Origin: Harriotta raleighana | Lineage: Eukaryota | NCBI GenBank assembly: GCA_050575255.1 | Contig: JBNZDD010013571.1 | Span: forward strand, 184,848 to 248,847 | DNA: 64,000 nt | Direction: 5' to 3' | In this document: positions 62,393-64,000 of the stretch, one piece after another | Numbering within the stretch: position 1 is the stretch's first letter | Layout: each line of letters begins with the position of its first letter | Made by a program: the position numbers and the translations under genes | Notes under the pieces: model-generated | What the model was told of the DNA's origin: nothing | Seen by the model: the letters and a program-made list of their open reading frames with translations, nothing else | Database searches by the model: none

Positions 62393-62915
62393 ACGTTTTG
62401 CCCACAAAATACACAATCTATTCACTTAACAGTATATTCCATTCATGGCCTTGCCCCCTCCTATCTCTCCGACCTGCTGTCCCTCTATGAATCTGCCAAC
62501 TCTCTCCATTCTTCAGGCTTGCTCCATGTCTCCCACCCGATCTGCCCTACCATCGATGGACGGGCTTTCAGCCTTTCTGCCCCCCACAGTCTGGAACTCC
62601 ATCCCACAGTCCCTTCACCTTGCTTCCTCCCTTGCCTCCTCGAAGATCTGTCTCAAAACCCTCCTTTTCGATTGTAGCTTCTGCCACCCTCCTAACTCTC
62701 TCCCTCTCCTCCCCCCTAGCTTGCCCTTCCCCCTTGCTCGGGTCCCGACCTGACTATTCAGCGCGATGGGACGTCCTCTCGACGTGAAAGTTGCTCTATA
62801 AATGTAATTTTGTTGCTGTTGTTGCTGATTCCGTGAAGCGCTTTGAGAACGTCTCGAAGACTGATAAGGCGCTATATCAAATGCAAGGATTATTATTAGT
62901 AGTATTATTATATTA
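62393..62915 (+). mobile_element. SINE 3' half interrupted by an L2 3' end (62441-62827) with ATTCC target-site duplication
   Basis: ...CAGTAT ATTCC [L2...(TTG)n] ATTCC GTGAAGCGCTTTGAG...; ATTCC at 62436-62440 and 62828-62832. Confidence 0.9.
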
Positions 62916-64000
62916 TTGAGTGACATGCATTCTTGGCTGAAAATACTATGTTTCTTGATAAATTCAAATTCAATGTGACGATTGCATCAAATTTGCCATG
63001 AAATCCCCCAAACATCTGTCTTCAATGCCAGCGCCAGTGAATCCAGACTTCCATGCATTTCTCCTTGGAGGAATTACACAGTGACAAGATAACAGTTGAC
63101 TGTATTCGAGGAGTGTCTGAGGGCTGGTGGTTTTCTGGAAAACAGTACTTAAAAGAGACCAAGGTCAATTTCTCACTGGTGGTCACTGTAGAATTGTTTC
63201 AGCGGGTATCTCTGAGTCAGATCAACTCCAACTCATTTATCATCTATTGGCAGCTTCCTGTAACATGCCTTGATGAGATGAAAACTCCTGAATGAACCTC
63301 CTGAAGGAAATGCAGTCACTAGGCAATGTCAAGGCTATTGCTTAGCCTCAGAGCGTAAATGTATTCATTGCCCGGACTCGAGATATATTTCACAAACATA
63401 TGTAACACGCTATGCTACACCAGAAAAAGGGGAAGACTAGTTATCGGAAGCAGCATATGATTAGGAACCGGAAAGCGGAACACAGAGTTACTGGACAGAA
63501 ACGTTAGTTGAAAAAAAAGGAAAGACTGATATCAAACTCTGAATTTCTCTGCCTGTCCTGCTCCGGGTTAAACTGAATTTCACAGCCCGTACGTGTCATA
63601 ATTCAAACCGCTGTAATATACTGTATAATGCTGCCTCTTATAGTACACCGTTCTCTTTCTGCTTCAGGATATTTGCATGACACTAGGTTAAGCGTAATAA
63701 TTGAACTGTCACTGCAACGTGCTAACGTCTCCAGTAGTATGATCAAGATGATAAACAGGGTTCTGTTCGTTGTGTGTTGTTACACACATGCCACTTTGCT
63801 GTCACTTCTGTTTTTCTCTCTGTTAACAAGATTAAAGGCAAACTATTATTTGTATTTAGCAGGACGTATGTATGTATATATGTGTGTATGTGTGTATGTT
63901 AGAGAAAGTTTCTAATTCAAGGTGAATATTGCCGAGTGAATCAGAAAATTCATGCATAGTGCTCTCATCTCATCTGGTGATGTTGATTCAGAATTATGAA

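Overview
This is vertebrate, AT-rich, CpG-depleted non-coding DNA from a draft assembly, with four multi-base N gaps and about 12 single-N joins flanked by duplicated sequence. I find no intact protein-coding gene; every ORF I can recognise is a retrotransposon remnant. The repeats are about 40 copies or fragments of a tRNA-headed SINE with an (ATT)n tail, older DeuSINE/SacSINE1-like remnants, L2 LINE 3' ends with (TTG)n tails, CR1 3' ends with (ATTCTATG)n tails, one L1-clade RT fragment and two Tigger/pogo-type MITEs. This set suggests a cartilaginous fish, probably a chimaera such as Callorhinchus (inference from repeat families, not confirmed). TE-free islands (about 1-3.0, 10.3-12.0, 16.2-18.0, 41.7-44.2, 48.3-51.5 and 52.4-54.8 kb) are rich in homeodomain, POU and SOX motifs and look like conserved non-coding elements. 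Two islands carry perfect minus-strand splice donors (AAG|GTAAGT at 1492/1491 and 50222/50221), consistent with alternative non-coding first exons of an unidentified gene whose coding exons lie left of the window. A plus-strand donor at 49913 suggests an antisense RNA. I see no convincing undescribed biological system. The best leads are the possible dual-promoter/antisense architecture, a bulged let-7b-complementary site at 50275-50293, a Tigger MITE carrying a CpG-rich 26/29-bp minisatellite, an IRF/ETS motif cluster at 17.5-17.7 kb, a four-element nested TE stack forming a long hairpin, and an apparent template-switch allele exposed at an assembly join.
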